IMG/VR virus record: IMGVR_UViG_3300021142_000137
Coordinates: 1 to 28,954 of that record
Source of the DNA: a virus
Taxonomy: Duplodnaviria; Caudoviricetes
Strand: one strand, 5' to 3'
DNA: 28,954 nt
The position numbers and the translations under genes are program-made. Numbering within the stretch: position 1 is the first letter of the stretch; each line of letters opens with the position of its first letter. Below are positions 17,401 to 24,489 of this stretch, one piece after another. Under the pieces are notes generated by a model, which was not told the origin of the DNA, ran no database searches, and saw only the letters and a list, made by a program, of their open reading frames with translations.

Positions 17401-17564
17401 CTGGCGCAGGACAGGTTACAATTGCTGCTGTGACATCAGGTACAACAACGCTTAACTCAACGGGTGCTACCTCAGCTACTCCTAAGTTAAGAGCGCAGAA
17501 CTCATCAGCCACCTGTATCAAGGTTGCTACAGATGTCTGGCAAGTAGTAGGAGATATCGTCTAA
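14478..17564 (+). CDS. Large collagen-like (Gly-X-Gln) fibre protein 2 with interspersed globular modules
   Basis: Four GxQ tracts separated by RILVKNQ..NGIY..W.LTRATD, TSTTSNTIGTG, and FTATSGQTTF..VFLNGV modules; then GVLWLDTS, TAKGD and a C-terminal ...VVGDIV domain. SD AGGAG. Confidence 0.9.
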   Translation: MSQLKYYDTGSGQWIAAIVGAQGAQGTTGIQGTQGVQGTQGIQGTQGVQGTTGIQGTQGTQGIQGVQGTQGLQGTQGTQGVQGTQGIQGIQGPQGTQGTQGVQGTQGIQGIQGVQGTQGTQGTQGVQGTQGIQGVQGNQGTQGIQGVQGTQGIQGTIGQTGSQGTQGIQGLQGVQGTQGVQGTTGLQGTQGTQGVQGTQGVQGTTGIQGTQGTQGVQGTQGVQGTTGIQGTQGTQGVQGTQGVQGTQGIQGIQGIQGLQGLQGAAGSQNAHASVYTTTTTALAGSPSYTAGTADASNGLGVGAYLQATTNGYLVVDGYTYSGPLPADTRILVKNQADARQNGIYTVTSAGSASTTWKLTRATDYDNHLADQVEPGDYLYTVAGSTNVGTSWIQYDLGSNTNGTIKIGTDNINFSQTSAVGNQGTTGAQGTQGVQGTQGLQGTQGIQGTQGIQGIQGVQGPQGTQGVQGTQGTQGLQGIQGPQGTQGTQGVQGTTGIQGTQGTQGVQGTQGTQGIQGTQGIQGIQGRSYTGVTSTTSNTIGTGSLTFAVANSGAFALGQFVTVAYTVTPANYVSGQITSITTDTSITINATSTGGSGTFSQWTISTAGVQGTTGSQGTQGTQGIQGIQGLQGPQGTQGVQGTQGTQGTQGVQGTQGIQGTQGNQGTTGTQGTQGTQGLQGLQGTQGTTGTQGLTGTQGTQGIQGLQGQSIQGVQGTQGIQGGVTNAPVFTTTEFTATSGQTTFSVTYNPGYINVFLNGVRLSSADYTATNGTSVVLAVGAVAGDIVVVQNITLGLGAQGVQGLQGVQGTQGLQGLQGLQGLQGQIGVQGLAVGNTAPANQGVLWLDTSVTGVVGLSSANFTAKGDTIAGTGSGTFATLPVGANNTILTADSTQTTGVKWTTNLSGLSLQSPNTYNSVIVAPSISYNINAQTGAYTTVLADAAAIITASSGSAFTVSIPTNASVAYPVGSSITIIQTGAGQVTIAAVTSGTTTLNSTGATSATPKLRAQNSSATCIKVATDVWQVVGDIV
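14534..16962 (+). repeat. Four GxQ coding-repeat tracts (about 14534-15266, 15735-16052, 16297-16638, 16860-16962)
   Basis: GTQGVQGTQGIQ units with synonymous variation; boundaries approximate. Confidence 0.9.
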
Positions 17565-19087
17565 TGCCAATTATCTTTGGAACAACGGCTTCGGGTGGAG
17601 ACAAGTACTTCACCCCACAGCCACCTACTATTGGTACCGCTACTAACGTAGGCACATCTCGCGCCTACAACAATGGCGCGGCTACTGTTACATTTACTCC
17701 TTCAACATCTGGTGGTACAGCTACTAGCTTTACCGCTACATCTACACCTGGATCATTTACAGGCTCAGCCTCTTCTAGCCCAGTCACAGTAGCGGGTCTA
17801 CAGAGCGCTACCTCTTATACATTTGCAGTTACTGCAACAGACGCTGAGGGCACATCTTCTGCCTCCTCTGCCTCTAACTCAATCACGGCTACAACAATTC
17901 CTGATGTTCCAGGAACCCCAACTGCATCGGTAACTAACTCAACAACTGTATCTTTGGCATTTACTGCGGGTAATACTGGTGGGTCAACAATCACTTCTTA
18001 CACAGTTACTAGCAGTCCTTCAATTTCTCTCTCTGTATCTGGAACATCAAGCCCTTTGACAATTACAGGAACATTTGTACAAGGCACCGCATATACATTT
18101 ACTATTGCTGCTGTAAATGCTAACGGGACTTCAACTACTTCTTCAGCATCTAATTCTATTACACCTTACCCTCTTCCTTCAGTATCTGGTGGAACACTGA
18201 CATCAGATGCTACTTACTATTATAGAACGTTTACTGGTAATGGGACTCTTACAGTTTCTGGCGGAAGTATTACCTCAGATGTGTTAGTAGTTGCTGGCGG
18301 CGGCGGCGGCGGTGGTACCTGTAACACTAGAGGTGGCGGTGGCGGTGGCGCTGGTGGCGTACTTTATAATGCCTCACAGACTCTTTCACCAAGTTCTTAC
18401 ACTGTTACTGTTGGTTCAGGAGCAAGTGGAGGAACTCCTTCTTACTATTCTTGTTATAGTTGTGGAACAAGTACACACCCAGTACACGGTGCACAGGGAT
18501 GTGGTTCAAGTTTAGGTTCTTATGTTGCTACTGGCGGCGGCTACGGAGGTAGCGGAGATTACCGTGGCGGCGGAGTTCAAAATGCTGGTCCAGGAGGCTC
18601 AGGCGGTGGCGGTGGCGGCTATCAAAATGGAACTGCACAAGGTGCGGGCGCAGGAACCTCTGGTCAAGGAAATAACGGCGGATATGCCACCGCTTGTGGT
18701 AAGCCTGGAGGCGGTGGTGGTGGCGCAGGTGCCGCAGGTCAAAGTGGAACAGCCTACCCTGGTGGAAATTACGGTGGTGCTGGCGTTTCTTATTTTGGTT
18801 CTACCTATGGCGGTGGCGGTGGAGGAGCAAGTGTAAGCGGTGGTAGCCCAACAACTGCTGGTGCAGGAGGCTCTGGTGGGGGCGGAAGAAGCGCTTATCA
18901 AGTAAACTCAATTACTCTTTACGAAGCTGTTGCGGGAACTACCAACACTGGCGGTGGCGGTGGCGGTGGCGGCTATCACATCTTTCAAGCCAATGGTGCG
19001 GATGGATATAAAATTGGCGCTTATGGAGCAAATGGTGGTTCTGGAATCGTTATTGTTCGTTACACACGCTCACAGGTAGGTGGATAA
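17564..19087 (+). CDS. Adhesin/fibre tip: two FN3-like domains + glycine-rich domain
   Basis: P.PPTIGTAT...GLQSATSYTFAVTAT and GTAYTFTIAAVNANG; YRTFTGNG..VLVVAGGGGG...GGSGIVIVRY. TAATG overlap with the previous gene. Confidence 0.85.
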   Translation: MPIIFGTTASGGDKYFTPQPPTIGTATNVGTSRAYNNGAATVTFTPSTSGGTATSFTATSTPGSFTGSASSSPVTVAGLQSATSYTFAVTATDAEGTSSASSASNSITATTIPDVPGTPTASVTNSTTVSLAFTAGNTGGSTITSYTVTSSPSISLSVSGTSSPLTITGTFVQGTAYTFTIAAVNANGTSTTSSASNSITPYPLPSVSGGTLTSDATYYYRTFTGNGTLTVSGGSITSDVLVVAGGGGGGGTCNTRGGGGGGAGGVLYNASQTLSPSSYTVTVGSGASGGTPSYYSCYSCGTSTHPVHGAQGCGSSLGSYVATGGGYGGSGDYRGGGVQNAGPGGSGGGGGGYQNGTAQGAGAGTSGQGNNGGYATACGKPGGGGGGAGAAGQSGTAYPGGNYGGAGVSYFGSTYGGGGGGASVSGGSPTTAGAGGSGGGGRSAYQVNSITLYEAVAGTTNTGGGGGGGGYHIFQANGADGYKIGAYGANGGSGIVIVRYTRSQVGG

Positions 19088-19464
19088 TGGCGCACTGGGC
19101 AAAGATAGAAAACGGTATTGTTACACAAGTACTCGTTGGTGATAACAATGACCCAGCGGGTGATGAGGGCTACCAGTGGCTAGTAGATAATCTTGGCGGT
19201 ACTTGGGTTAAAACCTCATATAACACACATGCTGGGGTTCACTATGGCCCAGATGGAACCCCTGACGGTGGAGTTGCTCTACGTAAAAACTATGCAAGAG
19301 TAGGCCATACCTACGACGAGACATTGGACGCGTTTATTCCACCAAAACCAGAGTCCGTTTTTTCTAAGAAGACTGGTGTAGAGGTAGAGTACAAAGAGCC
19401 CGAAGTAACATTTTATGTAGACCCTGATACTGGGCTTTGGATGACTAAGTTTACCAATAAGTAG
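19087..19464 (+). CDS. Small protein following the Gly-rich tip (fibre-associated/chaperone-like)
   Basis: MAHWAKIENGIVTQVLV...WVKTSYNT...LRKNYA..G.TYD...DAFIPPKP; TAATG-coupled to the tip gene. Confidence 0.8.
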   Translation: MAHWAKIENGIVTQVLVGDNNDPAGDEGYQWLVDNLGGTWVKTSYNTHAGVHYGPDGTPDGGVALRKNYARVGHTYDETLDAFIPPKPESVFSKKTGVEVEYKEPEVTFYVDPDTGLWMTKFTNK

Positions 19465-19541
19465 TAGGGATAGCACCTACCGTTTGACACACTTAGTATA
19501 GGCATGTGCTAAGGTTAAGGCATCTAATTAAGGAGCCTTAT

Positions 19542-20240
19542 ATGGAGATTATCTTTACGGACGTACATAACCCTGATGGCGTATTAGAAAAGCCAAAACC
19601 CGCGATTGAGTACATCCCTCAATGGTATAAAGATGCTAAGGCTTATCTAGATATTAGCGGTAAAAAAGCCCCACCAATAGAGCCAATACCTGGAGCAACT
19701 ATTAAACGCTGCATGCCTGTATGGGACATGATGACTGCTGGCTATATCATGGAGACTCCATACGATATATACATCCGACAAACTCAAGATGGTCCATACT
19801 TTCAATGGGGTGCAAACGAAGCAATTATATTTCAATCTATGGACCAGTTCCAAAATCACCCTTACTCAAAAGATATTAACTACGCAGTAAGAATTAACAT
19901 TCCATGGTCAATCAAAACCCCTAAAGGCTGGTCTATTATGATAATGGAGCCACAACATCATGAGCCAGGCCCTATTACCTGCGCCAGTGGAATTGTAGAC
20001 TCTGATGATTTCTCTATCCCATTTAATATGTTCCTTAAACTTCGTGACCCTAATTTTGAGGGCATGATTCCTGCGGGAACTCCTTTCCTACAGATTATTC
20101 CTTTTAAGAGAGAGTCTTGGACCTCATCACTGGGTGGGGATAAGGAGCGCAAAAAGTACGAATCTGATTATAAAAAGTTTCTGCGGGTCTTCTTTGACAG
20201 ATATAAGAAGTTCTGGTGGAATAAGAAGGAATACAAGTAG
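19542..20240 (+). CDS. Uncharacterised beta-rich protein (DUF6065-like, possibly dUTPase-like fold)
   Basis: TIKRCMP..D.MTAGY, PWSIKTPKGWS, SGIVDSD, IPAGTPFLQIIPFKRE. ATG 19542 has SD AAGGAG and is preferred to GTG 19506. Confidence 0.65.
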   Translation: MEIIFTDVHNPDGVLEKPKPAIEYIPQWYKDAKAYLDISGKKAPPIEPIPGATIKRCMPVWDMMTAGYIMETPYDIYIRQTQDGPYFQWGANEAIIFQSMDQFQNHPYSKDINYAVRINIPWSIKTPKGWSIMIMEPQHHEPGPITCASGIVDSDDFSIPFNMFLKLRDPNFEGMIPAGTPFLQIIPFKRESWTSSLGGDKERKKYESDYKKFLRVFFDRYKKFWWNKKEYK

Positions 20241-20311
20241 CAGTTTCGCCCTCGTAAGCGCGGGCTTTAGGGGATAATAAAAGCACCTTCCCCTAAGCCC
20301 AGTGAGGTTTC

Positions 20312-20770
20312 ATGTCTCAGATTAAGTACTACGACACTGGCTCCAGTCAATGGATTGCAGCGATCGTAGGCGCGCAGGGCGCTCAAGGCACTCAGGGTGT
20401 TCAGGGACTTGGCTATGCTCAATTGCAGGGTGTACAGGGCATTCAGGGCGTTACTGGAGCACAAGGAACCACAGGCCTACAAGGTATAACTGGCTCTCAA
20501 GGTACGCAGGGCTTACAAGGCCTACAAGGTATTCAGGGAACAACTGGTATTCAGGGCTCACTTGGTACGCAGGGAACAACTGGAGCGCAAGGCTCTCAAG
20601 GCACAACTGGTATCCAAGGCCTTACTGGTTTCCAGGGCGTACAAGGTCTACAGGGTATTCAGGGCTTTCAAGGAACTACAGGTATTCAAGGTAACCTTGG
20701 TGTACAGGGTATTCAAGGCTCTTACGCTTTTGACCCAACAGTTAGCTTCTTAATGCTAGGTGGGATGTAA
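20312..20770 (+). CDS. Short collagen-like (Gly-X-Gln) fibre protein 3
   Basis: N-terminus almost identical to fibre 2; GxQ tract; hydrophobic C-terminal peptide FDPTVSFLMLGGM; SD GAGGT. Confidence 0.9.
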   Translation: MSQIKYYDTGSSQWIAAIVGAQGAQGTQGVQGLGYAQLQGVQGIQGVTGAQGTTGLQGITGSQGTQGLQGLQGIQGTTGIQGSLGTQGTTGAQGSQGTTGIQGLTGFQGVQGLQGIQGFQGTTGIQGNLGVQGIQGSYAFDPTVSFLMLGGM

Positions 20771-21106
20771 CTAAGCGCGGTTGTAGTCATCCTCTAAGCG
20801 CACGATGTCATCTTCGCCTAGATAGTCACCAAGCTGTACCTCAATAAATACTAGATCCGACTCACCAAGATTCTGAATGCGGTGTGGGTCGCCCTTATCA
20901 ATGTAAACAGCATCGCCAGTCTTAATGGCAGTCTCTTCACCTTCTAGAGTAATAAGGCCATGGCCTTCAACAATAGTCCAGTACTCAACTCGCTGTTCGT
21001 GAGTCTGATACGAAAGTCGTTGAGCAGGCTTAACAACAATACGTTTTACCTTATATGAACCATCTTCTGCTAGTACCTCGTAGGTACCCCAAGGGCGCTT
21101 TTCCAT
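20771..21106 (-). CDS. Stand-alone cupin, mannose-6-phosphate isomerase type II C-terminal-like
   Basis: RPWGTYEVL, YKVKRIVVKP..RLSYQTH..RVEYW, HRIQN, IEVQLGDYLGEDDIVRLEDDYNR. Confidence 0.92.
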   Translation of the reverse strand: MEKRPWGTYEVLAEDGSYKVKRIVVKPAQRLSYQTHEQRVEYWTIVEGHGLITLEGEETAIKTGDAVYIDKGDPHRIQNLGESDLVFIEVQLGDYLGEDDIVRLEDDYNRA

Positions 21107-21112
21107 AGCGCA

Positions 21113-21121
21113 AGAATAGCA
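21113..21121 (-). promoter_or_regulatory. Extended -10 promoter for a leaderless cupin mRNA
   Basis: Minus strand reads TGC-TATTCT-tgcgct-ATG; no SD. Confidence 0.65.
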
Positions 21122-21163
21122 GAGATAAATGTAGTTACGCCATGTATGTACTAACCCGTGTTG

Positions 21164-21169
21164 TACACT
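21164..21169 (+). promoter_or_regulatory. -10 promoter element for a leaderless glycosidase-like mRNA
   Basis: TACACT-tcaggt-ATG(21176); no properly spaced SD. Confidence 0.6.
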
Positions 21170-21175
21170 TCAGGT

Positions 21176-22183
21176 ATGAATTTGGTGCAACGTTCGGTGC
21201 AAAACGGCGGCAAATTAGCCCCACTTATTATTGAAAAGGGTTTGACCGAGGGCACCGGGTTGATGAACCCCTCCATATTTATAGATGATGACGGAGATAT
21301 CCTCTGTATTTTGCGCCACGTCAACTACACCCTTTACCACTCTGAGCATATGCAGAAGTTTCCTTCTAACTGGGGGCCGCTCTCCTATCTGCATCCAGAA
21401 AAAGACCAGCGTCTAGTAACAATTAACTACCTTTGCCGCCTAGATAAAGACTTAAATGTTACCGACTACTGCCGCATAGATACCTCTGATCTAGATGTAC
21501 CCGCAGTCTGGGAGTTCGTTGGTCAAGAGGATGCGCGCTTAGTCCAGTGGGAGGGTGACTATTACGCTATTGGTGTTCGCCGTGATACTAAAGAAAATGG
21601 CGAAGGTCGCATGGAGTACTCCAAGTTAAAAATTGATAAGAAGAATTGGAGCGCTAAAGAGATTAAGCGCGTTCGCATACCGGCCCCAGGTAAAGATGAT
21701 TCGTACTGTGAGAAGAACTGGTATCCAATCCTAGATAAGCCTTATCATTTTGTTAAGTGGACTAGCCCAGCAGAGATTGTAAAGGCTGACCCTAAGAAGC
21801 CTAAGACTGAGGCTGCTATACAAAAGACTAAGCGCGTGCCGCTATCTGATCAGCGTGGGGGCTCTCACCTAGTTACCTATGGAGATGTATACCTATCAGT
21901 AACCCATGAGGTGGGGCTATTTAAGAATTACCTTAGCCAGAAGGACGGCTTCTACCGCCATCGACTGATTGTCTGGGATAAAGAGTTTAATATCATTGGG
22001 GTATCTCCAGAAGAGTTCTCTTTCTTAGACGCGCGTATTGAGTTTGCTGCTGGCGCCGCTGTATTAGGTAAAGACTTACTGATCTCATTTGGCTTTCAAG
22101 ATAACTGCGCTTTTGTTCTGCGCGTGCCAGAATCTGTTGTAGAAGAGATGATCGAGGAGGCTAAGAACAGTGGACTCTATTAA
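21176..22183 (+). CDS. Five-bladed beta-propeller glycosidase/phosphorylase-like protein (GH130/GH43/DUF377-like)
   Basis: MNPSI, GQEDARLV, CEKNW.P, RGGS, IEFAAG, ISFGFQD motifs. ATG 21176 preferred to GTG 21158. Confidence 0.75.
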   Translation: MNLVQRSVQNGGKLAPLIIEKGLTEGTGLMNPSIFIDDDGDILCILRHVNYTLYHSEHMQKFPSNWGPLSYLHPEKDQRLVTINYLCRLDKDLNVTDYCRIDTSDLDVPAVWEFVGQEDARLVQWEGDYYAIGVRRDTKENGEGRMEYSKLKIDKKNWSAKEIKRVRIPAPGKDDSYCEKNWYPILDKPYHFVKWTSPAEIVKADPKKPKTEAAIQKTKRVPLSDQRGGSHLVTYGDVYLSVTHEVGLFKNYLSQKDGFYRHRLIVWDKEFNIIGVSPEEFSFLDARIEFAAGAAVLGKDLLISFGFQDNCAFVLRVPESVVEEMIEEAKNSGLY

Positions 22184-22727
22184 GGCTTTAATTGAGAAGG
22201 CCTCCTATCAGCCATTTAATCCAGAGACAAACTTTTGGATTGGTGAAGAGTACCTAAAGATAGATCAGACAGCATCGGCTGTATCTTTCTATCTACGCGC
22301 TGCTGAATACGGGCACGAGACCCACCCCAACATTGTTTACACATCTTTGTTAAGAATCGCCCTCTGTTTTGATAAACAGCAAGGACGCGGGCATAGCAGC
22401 GCTACTTCTATTCTTCAAGCCATCTCTTATCTACCTAACAGACCAGAGGCTTACTTTTATCTCTCACGATATAACGAGCGCATCGGTAACTGGCAAGAGG
22501 CCTATACTTTTGCAGAGATTGGGCTTACTCATGCTGGCCGACAAGAACCACTGCCTGTAGATGTTGAATACCCAGGAGAGTATGCCTTGCTCTTTGAGAA
22601 AGCCGTAAGCGGTTGGTGGCTTGGGCGCAAAGATGAAAGCAAAGATATCTTTACTGATCTACTAGAAAACCATCCTATCTCTGATGCTTATAGAAAAGGC
22701 ATCGAGGGTAATCTCAAGCATGTATAA
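22170..22727 (+). CDS. TPR-repeat protein
   Basis: SAVSFYLRAAE, QAISYLPNRPEAYFYLSRY helical TPR-like repeats; SD GGAGG; overlaps the previous gene. Confidence 0.75.
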   Translation: MDSIKALIEKASYQPFNPETNFWIGEEYLKIDQTASAVSFYLRAAEYGHETHPNIVYTSLLRIALCFDKQQGRGHSSATSILQAISYLPNRPEAYFYLSRYNERIGNWQEAYTFAEIGLTHAGRQEPLPVDVEYPGEYALLFEKAVSGWWLGRKDESKDIFTDLLENHPISDAYRKGIEGNLKHV

Positions 22728-22736
22728 GGAGAAAGC

Positions 22737-23456
22737 ATGATCCCGCACGCAGTTCACCATAAGCCAGTAGAGATAAGCAGCAGGGTCTTCTTTGACATCG
22801 GCGCTAATAAAGGAGAGGCTACTTGGGCGGCTCTTTTCCTCAAGGGCTTTACTAATGTAATCGCGCTAGAGCCAGCGCCTAAAGTATTTTATCAACTAGT
22901 CTTTAACTACAAAGATGACCCTAGAGTAATTCCATATCGTTTAGCGGCATCCGGCACTACTGGTGATGTAGTTGACTTTTATGAGTGCGTTGAGGATGGG
23001 TTATCTACTCTTAATGAAGAGTGGCTCACCGGAGACTCTTACAGATATAAGGGAAAGAAGTACGAGACTATCAAGGCAACCACAGTAAAGCTTGACGACC
23101 TTATCTATGAGTACGGCACCCCTGAGTTAATTAAAATCGATGTTGAGGGCGGAGAAGATCTAGTCTTTGCAGGCTATACAGGCAAAGCCCCCAAGCTATG
23201 TTTTGAGTGGACATTAGAGGATGTGCCTAAGCACATTAAGCAGTTAGAGCGCCTAAGCATGGTCAACGGCTACACAGAGTTTGCGCTTCAATACATTGAG
23301 CATCACCTTGATGAGCCTACAGAATATCGTCCAATTACTACGGCTAGAGACCTACCTAAGTGGATCGAAGAAACCGCGCCTGCGTGGGAAAATGGGGGCT
23401 GGAAGGCGGCTGGACTGCGATCATCAGCAGATGTAGGAATGATTTGGGTACGTTAG
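22737..23456 (+). CDS. FkbM-family SAM-dependent methyltransferase
   Basis: FFDIGANKG, VIALEP, KLDDLI, LIKIDVEGGE, CFEW. Confidence 0.9.
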   Translation: MIPHAVHHKPVEISSRVFFDIGANKGEATWAALFLKGFTNVIALEPAPKVFYQLVFNYKDDPRVIPYRLAASGTTGDVVDFYECVEDGLSTLNEEWLTGDSYRYKGKKYETIKATTVKLDDLIYEYGTPELIKIDVEGGEDLVFAGYTGKAPKLCFEWTLEDVPKHIKQLERLSMVNGYTEFALQYIEHHLDEPTEYRPITTARDLPKWIEETAPAWENGGWKAAGLRSSADVGMIWVR

Positions 23457-23517
23457 TTTAGCCATACAAACGGGGTGCTAATAGGGATAATTTCTTTATA
23501 ACCTTTAAAGGAGTCCC

Positions 23518-23850
23518 ATGGCAACCGCTTATAAAGTCTTGGCTCAAGCCAATCCCGCAGCTACAACAGAGACAACCCTTTACTCGCCAAGTGGCTCAGC
23601 CGCTGCCGTAGTATCTACCCTAACTATCTGTAACCAGGCTAACTCCCCAGCCACTTACCGTATTGCCGTGTGGCCAAATGGAACATCCTCTTCAGTTGCT
23701 AAGAGCTGGATTGTTTACGGAGCAACAGTAAACGCCAACGATACAACCGCGCTCACTCTTGGACTTACCCTAGAAAACGGAGCAACCCTCCGCGTCTACG
23801 CCTCTTCAGCTAACTTGTCCTTCAATGCGTTTGGAAGCGAAATCTCCTAG
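23518..23850 (+). CDS. Small beta-sandwich fibre-associated/adaptor protein
   Basis: MATAYKVLAQANPAATTETTLY...STLTICNQ...LSFNAFGSEIS; SD AAGGAG. Confidence 0.75.
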   Translation: MATAYKVLAQANPAATTETTLYSPSGSAAAVVSTLTICNQANSPATYRIAVWPNGTSSSVAKSWIVYGATVNANDTTALTLGLTLENGATLRVYASSANLSFNAFGSEIS

Positions 23851-24476
23851 TGAGTATCTCTACAGCTAATACTTCTGCAGCGAGTGTCTTTAGATATCGC
23901 TATGTAGCCACGGGCGGAGAGACCTCTGTCTCTGGCGTGGACGCTAATGGTGCAACTATCTCTTACCTTGTAGGTAAAGAGCAGGTTTACTATAACGGCG
24001 CCCTTTTAGTCCGTGGTCAAGACTACACAGCCACTGATGGCGCAACTATTGGCTCTCTAGCCGCCCTTAAAGCGGGAGATACCCTAGAGCTAATTACCTT
24101 CTCCGCCTTTAACTTGGCGACTATCTCTGGCGCAACGATCACCGCATCAACTATTACCTATGCCATTAACGCCCAAACATCTTCATATACAGCCGTCCTA
24201 AATGACGGAGGCGCGGTTGTAACTATGACAAGCGCCAGCGCTAATACTTTTTCAATTCCCACCAATAGTTCAGTGGGATTTCCTGTGGGTTCTTCCATTA
24301 CTATTATCCAAGCGGGAACTGGACAGACAACCATTCAGGCGGTCACATCCGGAACCACAACTGTAGCTTCAACTGCAGCTACTGCAAGCGCGCCTAAACT
24401 ACGCGCCCAGTACTCAACAGCTACAGTATTAAAGATAGCAACAGACACCTGGTATGTCTTTGGAGACATCCTCTAG
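23850..24476 (+). CDS. Two-module fibre adaptor; both modules paralogous to parts of fibre 2
   Basis: YVATGGET..VYYNG..DYTATDG module plus INAQT..Y...PKLRAQYS..W.VFGDIL module; TAGTG overlap with the previous gene. Confidence 0.8.
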   Translation: MSISTANTSAASVFRYRYVATGGETSVSGVDANGATISYLVGKEQVYYNGALLVRGQDYTATDGATIGSLAALKAGDTLELITFSAFNLATISGATITASTITYAINAQTSSYTAVLNDGGAVVTMTSASANTFSIPTNSSVGFPVGSSITIIQAGTGQTTIQAVTSGTTTVASTAATASAPKLRAQYSTATVLKIATDTWYVFGDIL

Positions 24477-24489
24477 TGGAGGTAAGTAG

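Noticed and set aside
20246-20268. GCCC...GGGC hairpin after the DUF6065-like gene as a terminator
   Set aside because: Short mismatched stem with only three T residues; too weak to call.
23482-23491. TAGGGATAA resembles the start of the I-SceI recognition site
   Set aside because: Only half of the 18-bp site matches; treated as coincidence.
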